Part shown: positions 1 to 8,691 of the stretch, piece by piece
Numbering within the stretch: the stretch's first letter is position 1
How the letters are laid out: every line of letters starts with the position of its first letter
IMG/VR virus record: IMGVR_UViG_3300014201_000015
Span: 1 to 39,035 of that record
Reading direction: 5' to 3' (one strand)
DNA length: 39,035 nt
Origin: a virus
Lineage: Duplodnaviria > Caudoviricetes
Notes under the pieces: model-generated
What the model was told of the DNA's origin: nothing
Seen by the model: only the letters and a program-made list of their open reading frames with translations
Database searches by the model: none
Made by a program: the position numbers and the translations under genes

Positions 1-104
1 CGAAAGGCGAAACAGAATTACACAGAAAACAACTGTTGCTATAACAGTCATCGTTGCTTGGGTCATCTCTCTCACTTTTTCTTAGGAGTTTTAAGTCCTT
101 TTTT
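1..104. repeat. 104-bp exact direct repeat, copy 1
   Basis: Identical to 38673-38776; first mismatch at 105 (c) vs 38777 (t); clearly divergent after about 113. Confidence 0.95.
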
Positions 105-251
105 CCTAGCCTCAGATAAAGCAATGGCAACAGCTTGTTTTTGTGAAGTAACAGAGGGACCTTTTTTCGATCCAGAATGTAATTTTCCCTCTTTCCATTC
201 ATGCATTACTTTTTTGACTTTCTCTTGTGCTTTCTTAGATTCTTTCGCCAT
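72..251 (-). CDS. Small basic DUF6496-like protein, allele A (59 aa, not in ORF track)
   Basis: Manual translation MAKESKKAQEKVKKVMHEWKEGKLHSGSKKGPSVTSQKQAVAIALSEARKKGLKTPKKK; AAGGA upstream; homologous to 38744-38926. Confidence 0.85.
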   Translation of the reverse strand: MAKESKKAQEKVKKVMHEWKEGKLHSGSKKGPSVTSQKQAVAIALSEARKKGLKTPKKK

Positions 252-258
252 ATATCCT

Positions 259-1059
259 TTACACTACATATTCTGTAATAATAATCACCCCGCCAGCTCC
301 AGCTTGACCAGCTTTAGCCGCTGTACTTTGCCCACTCGCTGGTCCAGACGCTCCTCCACCATAAGATTGGCCTGGTAATCCGCCTGTAACTTGCGCATTA
401 GGAGCACCACCTCCGTAAAAACAAGAACCTCCAAATCCGGCCACGTTAATCACAAGTGTATAATTTAATGAAGAGCCGCCACCTTCTCCTACGGTCTGAA
501 AACTTCCTCCGCTGCCAGCTCCACCAGCTCCACCAGGAGAAGAACCACCACCAGGATTAGAGGGACCCCCTTGACCTCCAGCACCGCCTGTAGCAGAAAT
601 TAACGCTCCTAGACTTGTGGTGCCTCCAGTCCCTCCGGTATTATTTCCAGCGGTTGCGGCCAGCCCTCCGGCTCCAATAGTTACAACTTGAGAAGTTCCA
701 ATAGTAGCTGCAGAGAAAAATCCAGCTGCATAACCGCCTCCTCCACCCCCTCCTGCTGATGCTCCTTGCCCAGCTGCTGTGGCGGCAGTTCCCCCGCTGC
801 CTCCTCCACCTCCCACTACTTCAACATAGCAGTTAGCCATCCCCGCTGTAGGAGTGTAAGTGCCGCTAGAGGTAAAAACTTGAATGTTAGTAGGAATTCC
901 GAGAAAAGGGGTTTGAAAAGTAGGTTGAGAAGATGACCCGTTACTGGTTAAAACCTGACCGGATGTTCCTGGAGAGACATTATTGATCTGCCCATTTGCT
1001 CCACCGGTAATGGTGTTATATTGAACCGGAGAATAATCACATGAATTAATTGTAGGCAT
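259..1059 (-). CDS. Glycine-rich tail fibre/adhesin paralogue 1
   Basis: QVFTSSGTYTP, VVGGGGGSGG and terminal GVIIITEY motifs of phage glycine-rich domain. Confidence 0.8.
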   Translation of the reverse strand: MPTINSCDYSPVQYNTITGGANGQINNVSPGTSGQVLTSNGSSSQPTFQTPFLGIPTNIQVFTSSGTYTPTAGMANCYVEVVGGGGGSGGTAATAAGQGASAGGGGGGGYAAGFFSAATIGTSQVVTIGAGGLAATAGNNTGGTGGTTSLGALISATGGAGGQGGPSNPGGGSSPGGAGGAGSGGSFQTVGEGGGSSLNYTLVINVAGFGGSCFYGGGAPNAQVTGGLPGQSYGGGASGPASGQSTAAKAGQAGAGGVIIITEYVV

Positions 1060-1069
1060 TCCATTTTCC

Positions 1070-1882
1070 TTAAGTGATAAATTCCGTGATTACAATAATT
1101 CCAGGAAATCCAGCTTGTCCAGCTCGAGCTCCTGTACTGATTCCACTATAGGGACCGGCTGCGCCACCTCCATAGGATTGGCCCGCTGTTCCAGCATTAT
1201 TTTGAGCAGCACCGCCTCCTCCACCGAAGAAAGAAGAACCCCCAAATCCTCCAGTGTCGAAAATAAATCCAATGTAAGCAGAAGCTCCTCCTCCTGCTCC
1301 CTTCGTCTGAAAACTTCCGCCACTACCTGCTCCGCCGACTCCGCCAGGCGCTGCATTTCCTTGAAGAGGACTGCTAGTAGCCGCTCCTCCTCCGGCTCCT
1401 CCAATGCCTCCTGTAGCAGAAATTAACGCTCCTAGACTTGTAGTACCACCTGTACCCCCGGTATTGGCTCCAGCTGTTGCAGCTAATCCACCCGCTCCGA
1501 TAGTTACAACCTGAGAAGCTCCAATGGTCGCTGCAGAGAATAGACCTCTGGCATAACCACCAGCCCCTCCTCCAGCGGCCGCGGCTCCTTGTCCAGCATT
1601 TGTCGCAGCAGTGCCACCACTTCCTCCCCCTCCTCCCACTACTTCAACAATACAGTAAGACATTCCCGCTGTAGGAGTATAAGTGCCGCTAGAGGTGAAA
1701 GTTTGCGTATTAACTGTAGTTAATGCTGCGAGAGTCTTAAAAGTGGGTTGAGAAGTTGGCCCATTACTGGTTAAAACTTGGCCGGAAGTTCCAGGAGAAA
1801 CGTTAGTAATAGTACCATTCGCACCACCGGTCAGAGTGTTGTACTGAACTGGAGCATAATCACATGAGTTGATTGTCGACAT
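1070..1882 (-). CDS. Glycine-rich tail fibre/adhesin paralogue 2
   Basis: Collinear paralogue of 259-1059 and 1893-2702. Confidence 0.8.
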   Translation of the reverse strand: MSTINSCDYAPVQYNTLTGGANGTITNVSPGTSGQVLTSNGPTSQPTFKTLAALTTVNTQTFTSSGTYTPTAGMSYCIVEVVGGGGGSGGTAATNAGQGAAAAGGGAGGYARGLFSAATIGASQVVTIGAGGLAATAGANTGGTGGTTSLGALISATGGIGGAGGGAATSSPLQGNAAPGGVGGAGSGGSFQTKGAGGGASAYIGFIFDTGGFGGSSFFGGGGGAAQNNAGTAGQSYGGGAAGPYSGISTGARAGQAGFPGIIVITEFIT

Positions 1883-1892
1883 TTCATTTCCC

Positions 1893-2702
1893 TTAAGTGA
1901 TGTATTCCGTAATCACTACAATCCCGGCAAATCCTGCTTGACCCGGTTTTGCTGCAGCACTGGCTCCGCTAAATGGGGCAGAAGCTCCTCCTCCATAAGA
2001 TTGGCCCGCTGTTCCAGCATTAGTCTGATTAGCAGCAGCTCCTCCACCAAAAAATGAACAACCTCCAAATCCCCCAATCCCAAAATTTCCAGAATAAACA
2101 TAAGAGGGACCGCCGGCTCCTCCATCTGTTTGGAAATCTCCCCCGGTCCCAACGCCTCCGGCACCCCCTGCCGACCCTCCTCCGCTTCCAGCGGCAAAGG
2201 CAGCTGCTCCTTGGCCTCCACCACCACCTGTGGCAGAAATAAGAGCTCCTAGACTTGTAGTGCCGCCACTACCTCCAGCATTATTTCCACTAGTTCCAGC
2301 CAATCCAGCGGCTCCGATAGTTACACTTTGAGAAGCTCCAATCGTTGCCGCAGAGAATAGACCTCTGGCATATCCACCGGCACCACCTGCTCCTGAAGCA
2401 GTATTTTGTCCTGCCCCGGTAGCAGCAGTGCCACCGCTTCCTCCGCCACCACCTACGACTTGCACAACACAGTAAGCCATTCCAGATGTGGGGGTATAAG
2501 TACCACTAGAAGTAAATGTTTGAACATTAACGGCAGTTAGTGCAGTGGGTGGAGTCTGAAAAGTAGGTTGAGAAGAGGCTCCATTGCTTGTTAAAACCTG
2601 ACCAGAAGTGCCAGGAGAAACATTATTGATCGTACCACTCGAGCCACCGGTGATGATGTTGTATTGAACCGGAACATAATCGCAGCAATTGATCGTTCCC
2701 AT
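1893..2702 (-). CDS. Glycine-rich tail fibre/adhesin paralogue 3
   Basis: Same N-terminal DYxPVQYN...SPGTSGQVLTSNG module and Gly-rich C-terminus. Confidence 0.8.
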   Translation of the reverse strand: MGTINCCDYVPVQYNIITGGSSGTINNVSPGTSGQVLTSNGASSQPTFQTPPTALTAVNVQTFTSSGTYTPTSGMAYCVVQVVGGGGGSGGTAATGAGQNTASGAGGAGGYARGLFSAATIGASQSVTIGAAGLAGTSGNNAGGSGGTTSLGALISATGGGGGQGAAAFAAGSGGGSAGGAGGVGTGGDFQTDGGAGGPSYVYSGNFGIGGFGGCSFFGGGAAANQTNAGTAGQSYGGGASAPFSGASAAAKPGQAGFAGIVVITEYIT

Positions 2703-2705
2703 TTC

Positions 2706-3776
2706 CTATACTACTGTTAAGTTTCCGATAAATCCACTTACCGCAATCCAAGTTGTATTTGCTACTGAACATACGAGACGAACTGCATCACCTTGAGCAG
2801 TAGAAGTCAATGATCCTCCCGCGCCAATAGTCGTATGAGTGTTAGCGATAAAAATCTCTTGTCCAGCTGCCTGTGTAATCTGCCAGGATGTCGCTCCATT
2901 AAGGACTACTTCAATGATATTGCCAACAGCAGATGTGGCAGGCAATGCTAATGCTAAAGCGCCTCCAGGAGACACACAAATGTAACCATTATTGACCGCA
3001 AGAGTTTGACTAGCCGAAATTACATTCCATACAGTTCCTCCTGAAGAAGGGGCCTGAAAAGAAGGAGTTGCAGATCCGTTACTGGTAAGTACAAAACCAG
3101 AAGTGCCAGATGAAATAGGTGTTAAATTCCCCGTATTATCACAGAGAACGACCTGAGGTGTATTACCAGAAACAGGAGTTGCTCCAGTGATTCCAGCAAT
3201 ATAGCAAATATTCTGTTCGCCGGCTCCCGATCCTTGTGTACCAATTCTGAGTACATTTGATTCGCCGAGCACACCTACGTTAGAAATAACTATGTTATTC
3301 GATTCGGAGCCTGTATAAGCGGTGCCAGAGTTATATCCTACAGCGCAGTTAAAATCCCCAGTCGCGTCAATGAGGGAATTCCCTCCCAGACCAGTGGAAT
3401 GAGATCCTGATATAGTCGTAGCTAAAGCCCCGTAGCCCAATGCAGTATTTTGAGTACCCGAAGAATTAGCAGCCAAAGCGGCAAATCCCACGGCTGTATT
3501 GTTGTCGTTGTTATTATTGGTTAATGCTGAGTAGCCAACAGCTACGTTCGAATTTCCGCTCACATTATTGATCATCGCTTCGTGGCCAACAGCGGTATTA
3601 TTTCCCCCGATCGTCGTACTATCTAACGCGCCAGCCCCAACTCCGGTGTTGTGTTGGCCGCTGGTAATATGACTGCCAGCACTGTCTCCCAGGAAGGTAG
3701 AAAGAGGACCCACAGCCAAAGTAATAATCGAGTTATTGACGACTTGCTGGTTGATTGAATTTTGGTTCTGAGGCAT
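2706..3776 (-). CDS. Tail fibre with YadA/trimeric-adhesin-like NTAVG beta-roll repeats (356 aa; start reassigned to ATG 3776)
   Basis: 14-residue-spaced NTGVG/NTAVG/NVAVG/NTALG repeats; TAATG overlap with upstream ORF; C-terminal domain shared with the two upstream fibre genes. Confidence 0.75.
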   Translation of the reverse strand: MPQNQNSINQQVVNNSIITLAVGPLSTFLGDSAGSHITSGQHNTGVGAGALDSTTIGGNNTAVGHEAMINNVSGNSNVAVGYSALTNNNNDNNTAVGFAALAANSSGTQNTALGYGALATTISGSHSTGLGGNSLIDATGDFNCAVGYNSGTAYTGSESNNIVISNVGVLGESNVLRIGTQGSGAGEQNICYIAGITGATPVSGNTPQVVLCDNTGNLTPISSGTSGFVLTSNGSATPSFQAPSSGGTVWNVISASQTLAVNNGYICVSPGGALALALPATSAVGNIIEVVLNGATSWQITQAAGQEIFIANTHTTIGAGGSLTSTAQGDAVRLVCSVANTTWIAVSGFIGNLTVV

Positions 3777-3967
3777 TAAACTGGCTCCAATGATTCTACT
3801 ACAGATTGGAAAGCAGGAAGAGAAAGAGTAGTAGAGGCGGTTTCGTTCCCTATCAGTTGACCATTTACATAATACATGGTTTGGACAATCTGAACGCAAT
3901 TTGTAACCAATCCATCATTATTGCAATAGGCTGAGTAAGTTGTGTGAGTTGAGGATGTAACGCTCAT
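3776..3967 (-). CDS. Small hypothetical protein in fibre block (63 aa)
   Basis: AAGGA-type SD; stop coupled to next start (TAATG). Confidence 0.6.
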   Translation of the reverse strand: MSVTSSTHTTYSAYCNNDGLVTNCVQIVQTMYYVNGQLIGNETASTTLSLPAFQSVVESLEPV

Positions 3968-3982
3968 GTTTCTTTTCCTTCT

Positions 3983-4537
3983 TTAAGTGATCGACAAATT
4001 ACCTACAGAGCTGAGTACTAACCATGTTGTACTTGCTCCTCCGACCGCTGCTATCATTTCTACTGTATCAAATTGATTCGTAGATGCAAGAGAACCGCCT
4101 ACACCAACAGTTGTACTGGGTCCAGAACCGAATTGAATCGATTGTCCCGCGTTTTGAGCGATAGACCACCCACCGACGCCAAAACCTGCCACTCGAATCA
4201 CAGAAAATTGAGCCGCTGTGGCTGGCAACGTCAATGTAACAATAGAAGCTCCAGTGGTGAGATATCCATTGTCAGGGGACATTCCTGTCGAAGCAGGAGC
4301 CGCATTCCATACTACACCGCCTGCTTCTGTAGCGCTAATCGTTATAGAACCCGCTCCGTTGGTAATGCTGACGCCTGTTCCTCCTGTAAGTGTCGTAGCG
4401 ACCGGCGCTGCAGCTGTACTTCCGACCAGAAGTTGACCATTGGTCAATAGAGTTGAAGTTAATGTTCCTGAAGCCCCTCCGACCTGGACACCATACTGTA
4501 CTGGACTGTAATCTGCTGCGTTGTTGTATGAAACCAT
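3983..4537 (-). CDS. Short tail fibre/adapter protein
   Basis: N-terminal DYSPVQY motif shared with Gly-rich paralogues; C-terminal TLTLPA...GSLAST...GNLSIT domain shared with neighbours. Confidence 0.7.
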   Translation of the reverse strand: MVSYNNAADYSPVQYGVQVGGASGTLTSTLLTNGQLLVGSTAAAPVATTLTGGTGVSITNGAGSITISATEAGGVVWNAAPASTGMSPDNGYLTTGASIVTLTLPATAAQFSVIRVAGFGVGGWSIAQNAGQSIQFGSGPSTTVGVGGSLASTNQFDTVEMIAAVGGASTTWLVLSSVGNLSIT

Positions 4538-4546
4538 AGTTATTCC

Positions 4547-5380
4547 TTATGTGATTGCTAAATTTCCCTGCACGGCTCTCGTCGCGAATGTAGTATTGGC
4601 CGTCACGCAAGTGATCGTCACACTATCCCATTGGTTGGTCGACGCGACATTTCCTGTACTAATCGTAGTTGGATGATTGCCCACGTTGATCACCTGTCCT
4701 GCTCCGACATTTACTTGCCAGCCTCCGGATGATTTTCCCTGGATGATATAGGTATCCCCAATAGTAGCTACCGCGGGCAATGTAAACGTAACGAGTCCGG
4801 CTCCATTGTCGACCACATAACCTGTATTAGCAGCAAGCAATTGAGCTCCACTCATCACATCGACCCAAGCTACTCCTCCCCCCGAGGTAGCAAGATTTAC
4901 CGTACCTCCAAGAGAAACAGGAGAGCCGGTTACTGCGATGCTACCGTTAGTACTCGTAACAGTGATTGAAGAATTCGCTAGAGAAGAATTGGGAATCGAT
5001 CCAAGTTCTATCGTGAGAGTATTCGCGGCCAATGTCCCATTTGTAGTGACACCAGTTGATCCAGATCCTACAACATTGATCGCGCCTCCAGCTGTAGGGA
5101 AGACAGAATTTCCCAAATTATCTTTAAGCTGCGTGAGCGTTCCTCCTCCAGAATTGAGAAGTACCCAGTTGGCTTGGATAAATCCGCCTGTACTGGTGTA
5201 GTTGAGAAGAAAATACTCTTCATTGTTTTGAGAGTTAATCCAACGTTGAGTAACCGGAAATCCCGTATCTGAAGAAGTAGGAGCGCCAACCCTGATGATC
5301 GTGATGAATGGACTCGTAGAAGTGGTCCCGACTGCTACTCCATATACATTGGCTGGAACTGGACTATTTGGTGCTGTCAT
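4547..5380 (-). CDS. Tail fibre/adapter protein (start probably ATG 5380)
   Basis: N-terminal APTSSD...QRWIN...YFL module like tailspike N-termini; C-terminal TFTLPA domain; TAGGA SD. Confidence 0.7.
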   Translation of the reverse strand: MTAPNSPVPANVYGVAVGTTSTSPFITIIRVGAPTSSDTGFPVTQRWINSQNNEEYFLLNYTSTGGFIQANWVLLNSGGGTLTQLKDNLGNSVFPTAGGAINVVGSGSTGVTTNGTLAANTLTIELGSIPNSSLANSSITVTSTNGSIAVTGSPVSLGGTVNLATSGGGVAWVDVMSGAQLLAANTGYVVDNGAGLVTFTLPAVATIGDTYIIQGKSSGGWQVNVGAGQVINVGNHPTTISTGNVASTNQWDSVTITCVTANTTFATRAVQGNLAIT

Positions 5381-5387
5381 TTGTTTC

Positions 5388-5741
5388 CTAAGCAACTACT
5401 GGGTTAGAGATATTTCCATAGTAACAACTGATGTAGAACAAACCGGTACCGGCAGTTCCCATCACATAAAATTGGGTATTCCATCGCACTTCAAAGAAGT
5501 CGGACGACACTTCTCGATTCGCAGAGACATTCAACGTAAAATCAGAGCCTGGTCGCACCACTTCGTTTGCATTGATTCCGTCCCATGAAATAGTCACCAG
5601 AACAGTAGAATTATTCACAAATCGTACAATGCGAGCTCCATGTAAAAGAGGAGTTCCAACTGCCTGATAAGTTCCAGTGAATGTAGCACTATCGATACTT
5701 CTTAAAGTATCTGGAATAATAAATGTCGATTGAGCTCCCAT
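5388..5741 (-). CDS. Small beta-rich virion protein
   Basis: GAGGA SD; co-oriented within structural block. Confidence 0.6.
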   Translation of the reverse strand: MGAQSTFIIPDTLRSIDSATFTGTYQAVGTPLLHGARIVRFVNNSTVLVTISWDGINANEVVRPGSDFTLNVSANREVSSDFFEVRWNTQFYVMGTAGTGLFYISCYYGNISNPVVA

Positions 5742-5754
5742 TTCTTCCTCTATG

Positions 5755-8682
5755 TTAATTTACAATCCACCATCCAATAGTACTAGTATCCAAAGCACTA
5801 CTAGAATTGATCACAAAACTTGTTCCAGCAGTTACGGTTCCTACAGCTGGGAAACCAGGAGTTCCAGAAGCATTTTGCGGCGTCAGGAAAATAATGCTAC
5901 TAGAAGTAACTGCAGTCGTCATAACAGTCGCTGTTCCCCCTACAAGAGCAATTGCTCCTATTGAAGCATTCGAACCAGTCGCAATCGTGATTTTACTACC
6001 GGCAGTTGGAAAAGTAAGATTTCCATCTACTTGAGTGTTTCCATTGACTTCGATATTGCCAAAAAATAGAGCTGGACCGCTCTTAGAGCTTCCCCATGTC
6101 ACATTCGTTGCTGTTCCAGCGATGACTGCATTGTCTGGGAATTGAGCATCTGTAAAGGTGATGAAAGGCGCTCCTGTAAGTTGGATCGCCGGATTGTTAT
6201 CTGTAAAAAATGTACAACCAGCAAATTCAGAAACTTGAGCATCAGAGGCAGAGAAAGTCAATGCTGGAACACCACTTCCCTCATCATAAAACTGACAGTC
6301 ATAGAAATGTCCATAGGTAGTAGTTCCCGTAATGATGACCTGTTCTCCGAAGAAAACGTCTTTACAAAGACTGAAACGCGCATTGATGGTCGTGGGACAT
6401 GCTATGGTAGAAGCGATGGCATCCATATTGCCGATGTTAAAAATATTCGATCCATAGCCCATGCCTGGACAATAATACAATGCTACCTCGGAATTAGGAG
6501 AGTTCATGATTCCATCGCTGCCCGAACCTATAGAAAGTGAAGTCTGACATTGAATGAAAGTAGTGTTAATCGTCATCCAATTAGGGAGATTGAGAGTGTA
6601 CCCATTGCCTGCGTACAGAGCGACGTTGTTGAAATAGAAATCAGCAGTTCCTGCTGCTGAACTCGAGATGATGCTCCCCGAAGGATATTGCAATTCTAAT
6701 GACTGGAATCCCATGAGCATTCCAGATCCTGTAACAGGAGTATGAGTTCCTACGATAACGACATCTTGACTTGGCACTACTCCGGATCCTATCAATAGTA
6801 CGTTGTTCGCTAGAGTGAGATTTTCAGTGTAAGTACCAGGTTGTATCCAAACCGTCCCTCCACCAACTGCATTGGCAGCGTTAATAGCAGATTGGATGGT
6901 AGAATAGGGAGATTGGCTAGTTAATCCCACTATATAAGGAGAAACTGGAAAGCGCGATGCCAAAGCTGAATCTGCATCTGACACCCATCTCTCGTTTGCA
7001 TCATAAGTCAAATCCATAACTCCATAAGCAACTGAGATGGTCTGAGTAGTACTAGAGACGCCTCCTGATACAATAGGGCTGCTATTTCCATTTACTGTAA
7101 TATTATTAGTCGCTGAGTTCCCATCAGCATCTTCAATAATGATGTGACGTCCTATAACAGAATTTGCAAAAGCAGGAAGAATAATTGTGATTGCACCACC
7201 AAACGATTTAACGGAAATATAGAAATCATTCGCTGCAACAGTATAGGGAGACATTCCGAAAGTAACTTCTGTGACTTTTCCAGTTTGAGAACCTTCGATT
7301 AATGTATTTCCAGTATCCGAGGAGCCCCATGAGATATTAGTAATTGAACTTGAGATAACAGCGGTATTCGGAAACATTCCGTCGGTTATTTGTAAGACTG
7401 CGGTTCCAGTTCCAGCAAGAGCTGTCGAAGAAGTGGTCGATAAATTACATGCGATCAGAGAACTGTTCGATCCAGCAGTGCTATTAAAAGTAAAAGGAGC
7501 CGATGCCGCTAATTGGAAAGTACAAAAATTGCAAATTGCATTCGCTGTGGCCGACACGGTAAATCCGCCGAGGAAAGTGCTATGAAGGCAAGTAGAAGAT
7601 CCACTGATAACTACAGGACATCTAAAAAATGAATCAGATGCCTGAAAAGAACCTACCGTCAAGCTAGCACTAGAGGTACTACCTACGTTCCCTTCACTAC
7701 AATTAGTGAAAGAACAGCCAGCATTAGGGGCATTAATGACAGCATCGCCAGTGCCACTACTTTGAAAATTATCGAATCCGAAATTACCGGTCCAATTAGC
7801 AAGATTCAATGTATAACCGCTTCCGCCTCCTGAAAAAGGATTCGAAACGACATTACGCAATAAAATGTCGCCAGTGCCAGCAGCCGCGCTAGAAAAAATA
7901 TGAGAGGTGCTAGCAAAGTTTATATTCTCAAAAGAAATCAACCCTGTCGTAGGAGGAGTATGAGTGCCGATTATATTAATCGGATCAACATATTCATTAG
8001 ATGTTCCGACGACTGCTATAGATGGATAAAGAATTAAATTCTCAGTATAAGTCCCTGGCTGAACATAAACTGCACCACCACCCGCTGTATTGGCTGCGTT
8101 GATCGCAGATTGAATTGTCTGATACCCAGCTTGACCTACAGGACCAACAACGTAAGGGGTGATCGGATAGAGATTTGGTGCTGTAGAGCTACTAATAGTG
8201 AGAGTAGAACCTGCTCCTGCGACAGAAATCGATCCAGATCCAATGACATTGATGTTTCCAGCTGTTGGAGAAATCGCTCCTCCGCTATTTCCTGTCAGAG
8301 TTTCAACGCCAGAGCTTCCAGTTGCAGTAATAGTCAAAGTGCTTCCAGATCCCGAGGTAACGATTCCTGTTCCTCCAAGAATATCTACAGCTCCACTGAG
8401 TGACGGACCAGAATTGCCTGTGATCGAATTAACGCCGGACCCTCCACCGCCAGTAGATGTCCAATCTGCACTTAAAGTTCCTCCGATCGTACTGAGAGAA
8501 GTGAGAATATACGAAGTATTGGCAGCTGTATTGACCCAGATTTGACCAATTTTCAGCGTTCCACCAGAACCAGTCACATCTGTGGAAGTAGGATTTCTGG
8601 TTTCTACAATCGGCATGACTCCAGCCGAGGCTAAGGAAGTCGCACTAGCACCTATTCCATAAAGACTTGCATTTGATGTCAT
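5755..8682 (-). CDS. Large tailspike-like protein A with two pectin-lyase-like beta-helix domains
   Basis: Two copies of Y[QS]TIQSAINAA...QPGTYTENL cap motif; N- and C-termini paralogous to 8692-12144. Confidence 0.75.
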   Translation of the reverse strand: MTSNASLYGIGASATSLASAGVMPIVETRNPTSTDVTGSGGTLKIGQIWVNTAANTSYILTSLSTIGGTLSADWTSTGGGGSGVNSITGNSGPSLSGAVDILGGTGIVTSGSGSTLTITATGSSGVETLTGNSGGAISPTAGNINVIGSGSISVAGAGSTLTISSSTAPNLYPITPYVVGPVGQAGYQTIQSAINAANTAGGGAVYVQPGTYTENLILYPSIAVVGTSNEYVDPINIIGTHTPPTTGLISFENINFASTSHIFSSAAAGTGDILLRNVVSNPFSGGGSGYTLNLANWTGNFGFDNFQSSGTGDAVINAPNAGCSFTNCSEGNVGSTSSASLTVGSFQASDSFFRCPVVISGSSTCLHSTFLGGFTVSATANAICNFCTFQLAASAPFTFNSTAGSNSSLIACNLSTTSSTALAGTGTAVLQITDGMFPNTAVISSSITNISWGSSDTGNTLIEGSQTGKVTEVTFGMSPYTVAANDFYISVKSFGGAITIILPAFANSVIGRHIIIEDADGNSATNNITVNGNSSPIVSGGVSSTTQTISVAYGVMDLTYDANERWVSDADSALASRFPVSPYIVGLTSQSPYSTIQSAINAANAVGGGTVWIQPGTYTENLTLANNVLLIGSGVVPSQDVVIVGTHTPVTGSGMLMGFQSLELQYPSGSIISSSAAGTADFYFNNVALYAGNGYTLNLPNWMTINTTFIQCQTSLSIGSGSDGIMNSPNSEVALYYCPGMGYGSNIFNIGNMDAIASTIACPTTINARFSLCKDVFFGEQVIITGTTTYGHFYDCQFYDEGSGVPALTFSASDAQVSEFAGCTFFTDNNPAIQLTGAPFITFTDAQFPDNAVIAGTATNVTWGSSKSGPALFFGNIEVNGNTQVDGNLTFPTAGSKITIATGSNASIGAIALVGGTATVMTTAVTSSSIIFLTPQNASGTPGFPAVGTVTAGTSFVINSSSALDTSTIGWWIVN

Positions 8683-8691
8683 TTCTATCTT

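Noticed and set aside
1-104. Physical direct terminal repeat of the virion DNA
   Set aside because: Second copy is not terminal and runs into a divergent allele; better explained by circularity plus variation or assembly
58-378. 106-aa plus-strand ORF
   Set aside because: Antisense shadow of the DUF6496-like gene (72-251) and the fibre gene end
259-2702. Diversity-generating retroelement or invertase shufflon behind the paralogues
   Set aside because: No reverse transcriptase or recombinase; all copies are full-length, co-oriented, and differences are not adenine-specific
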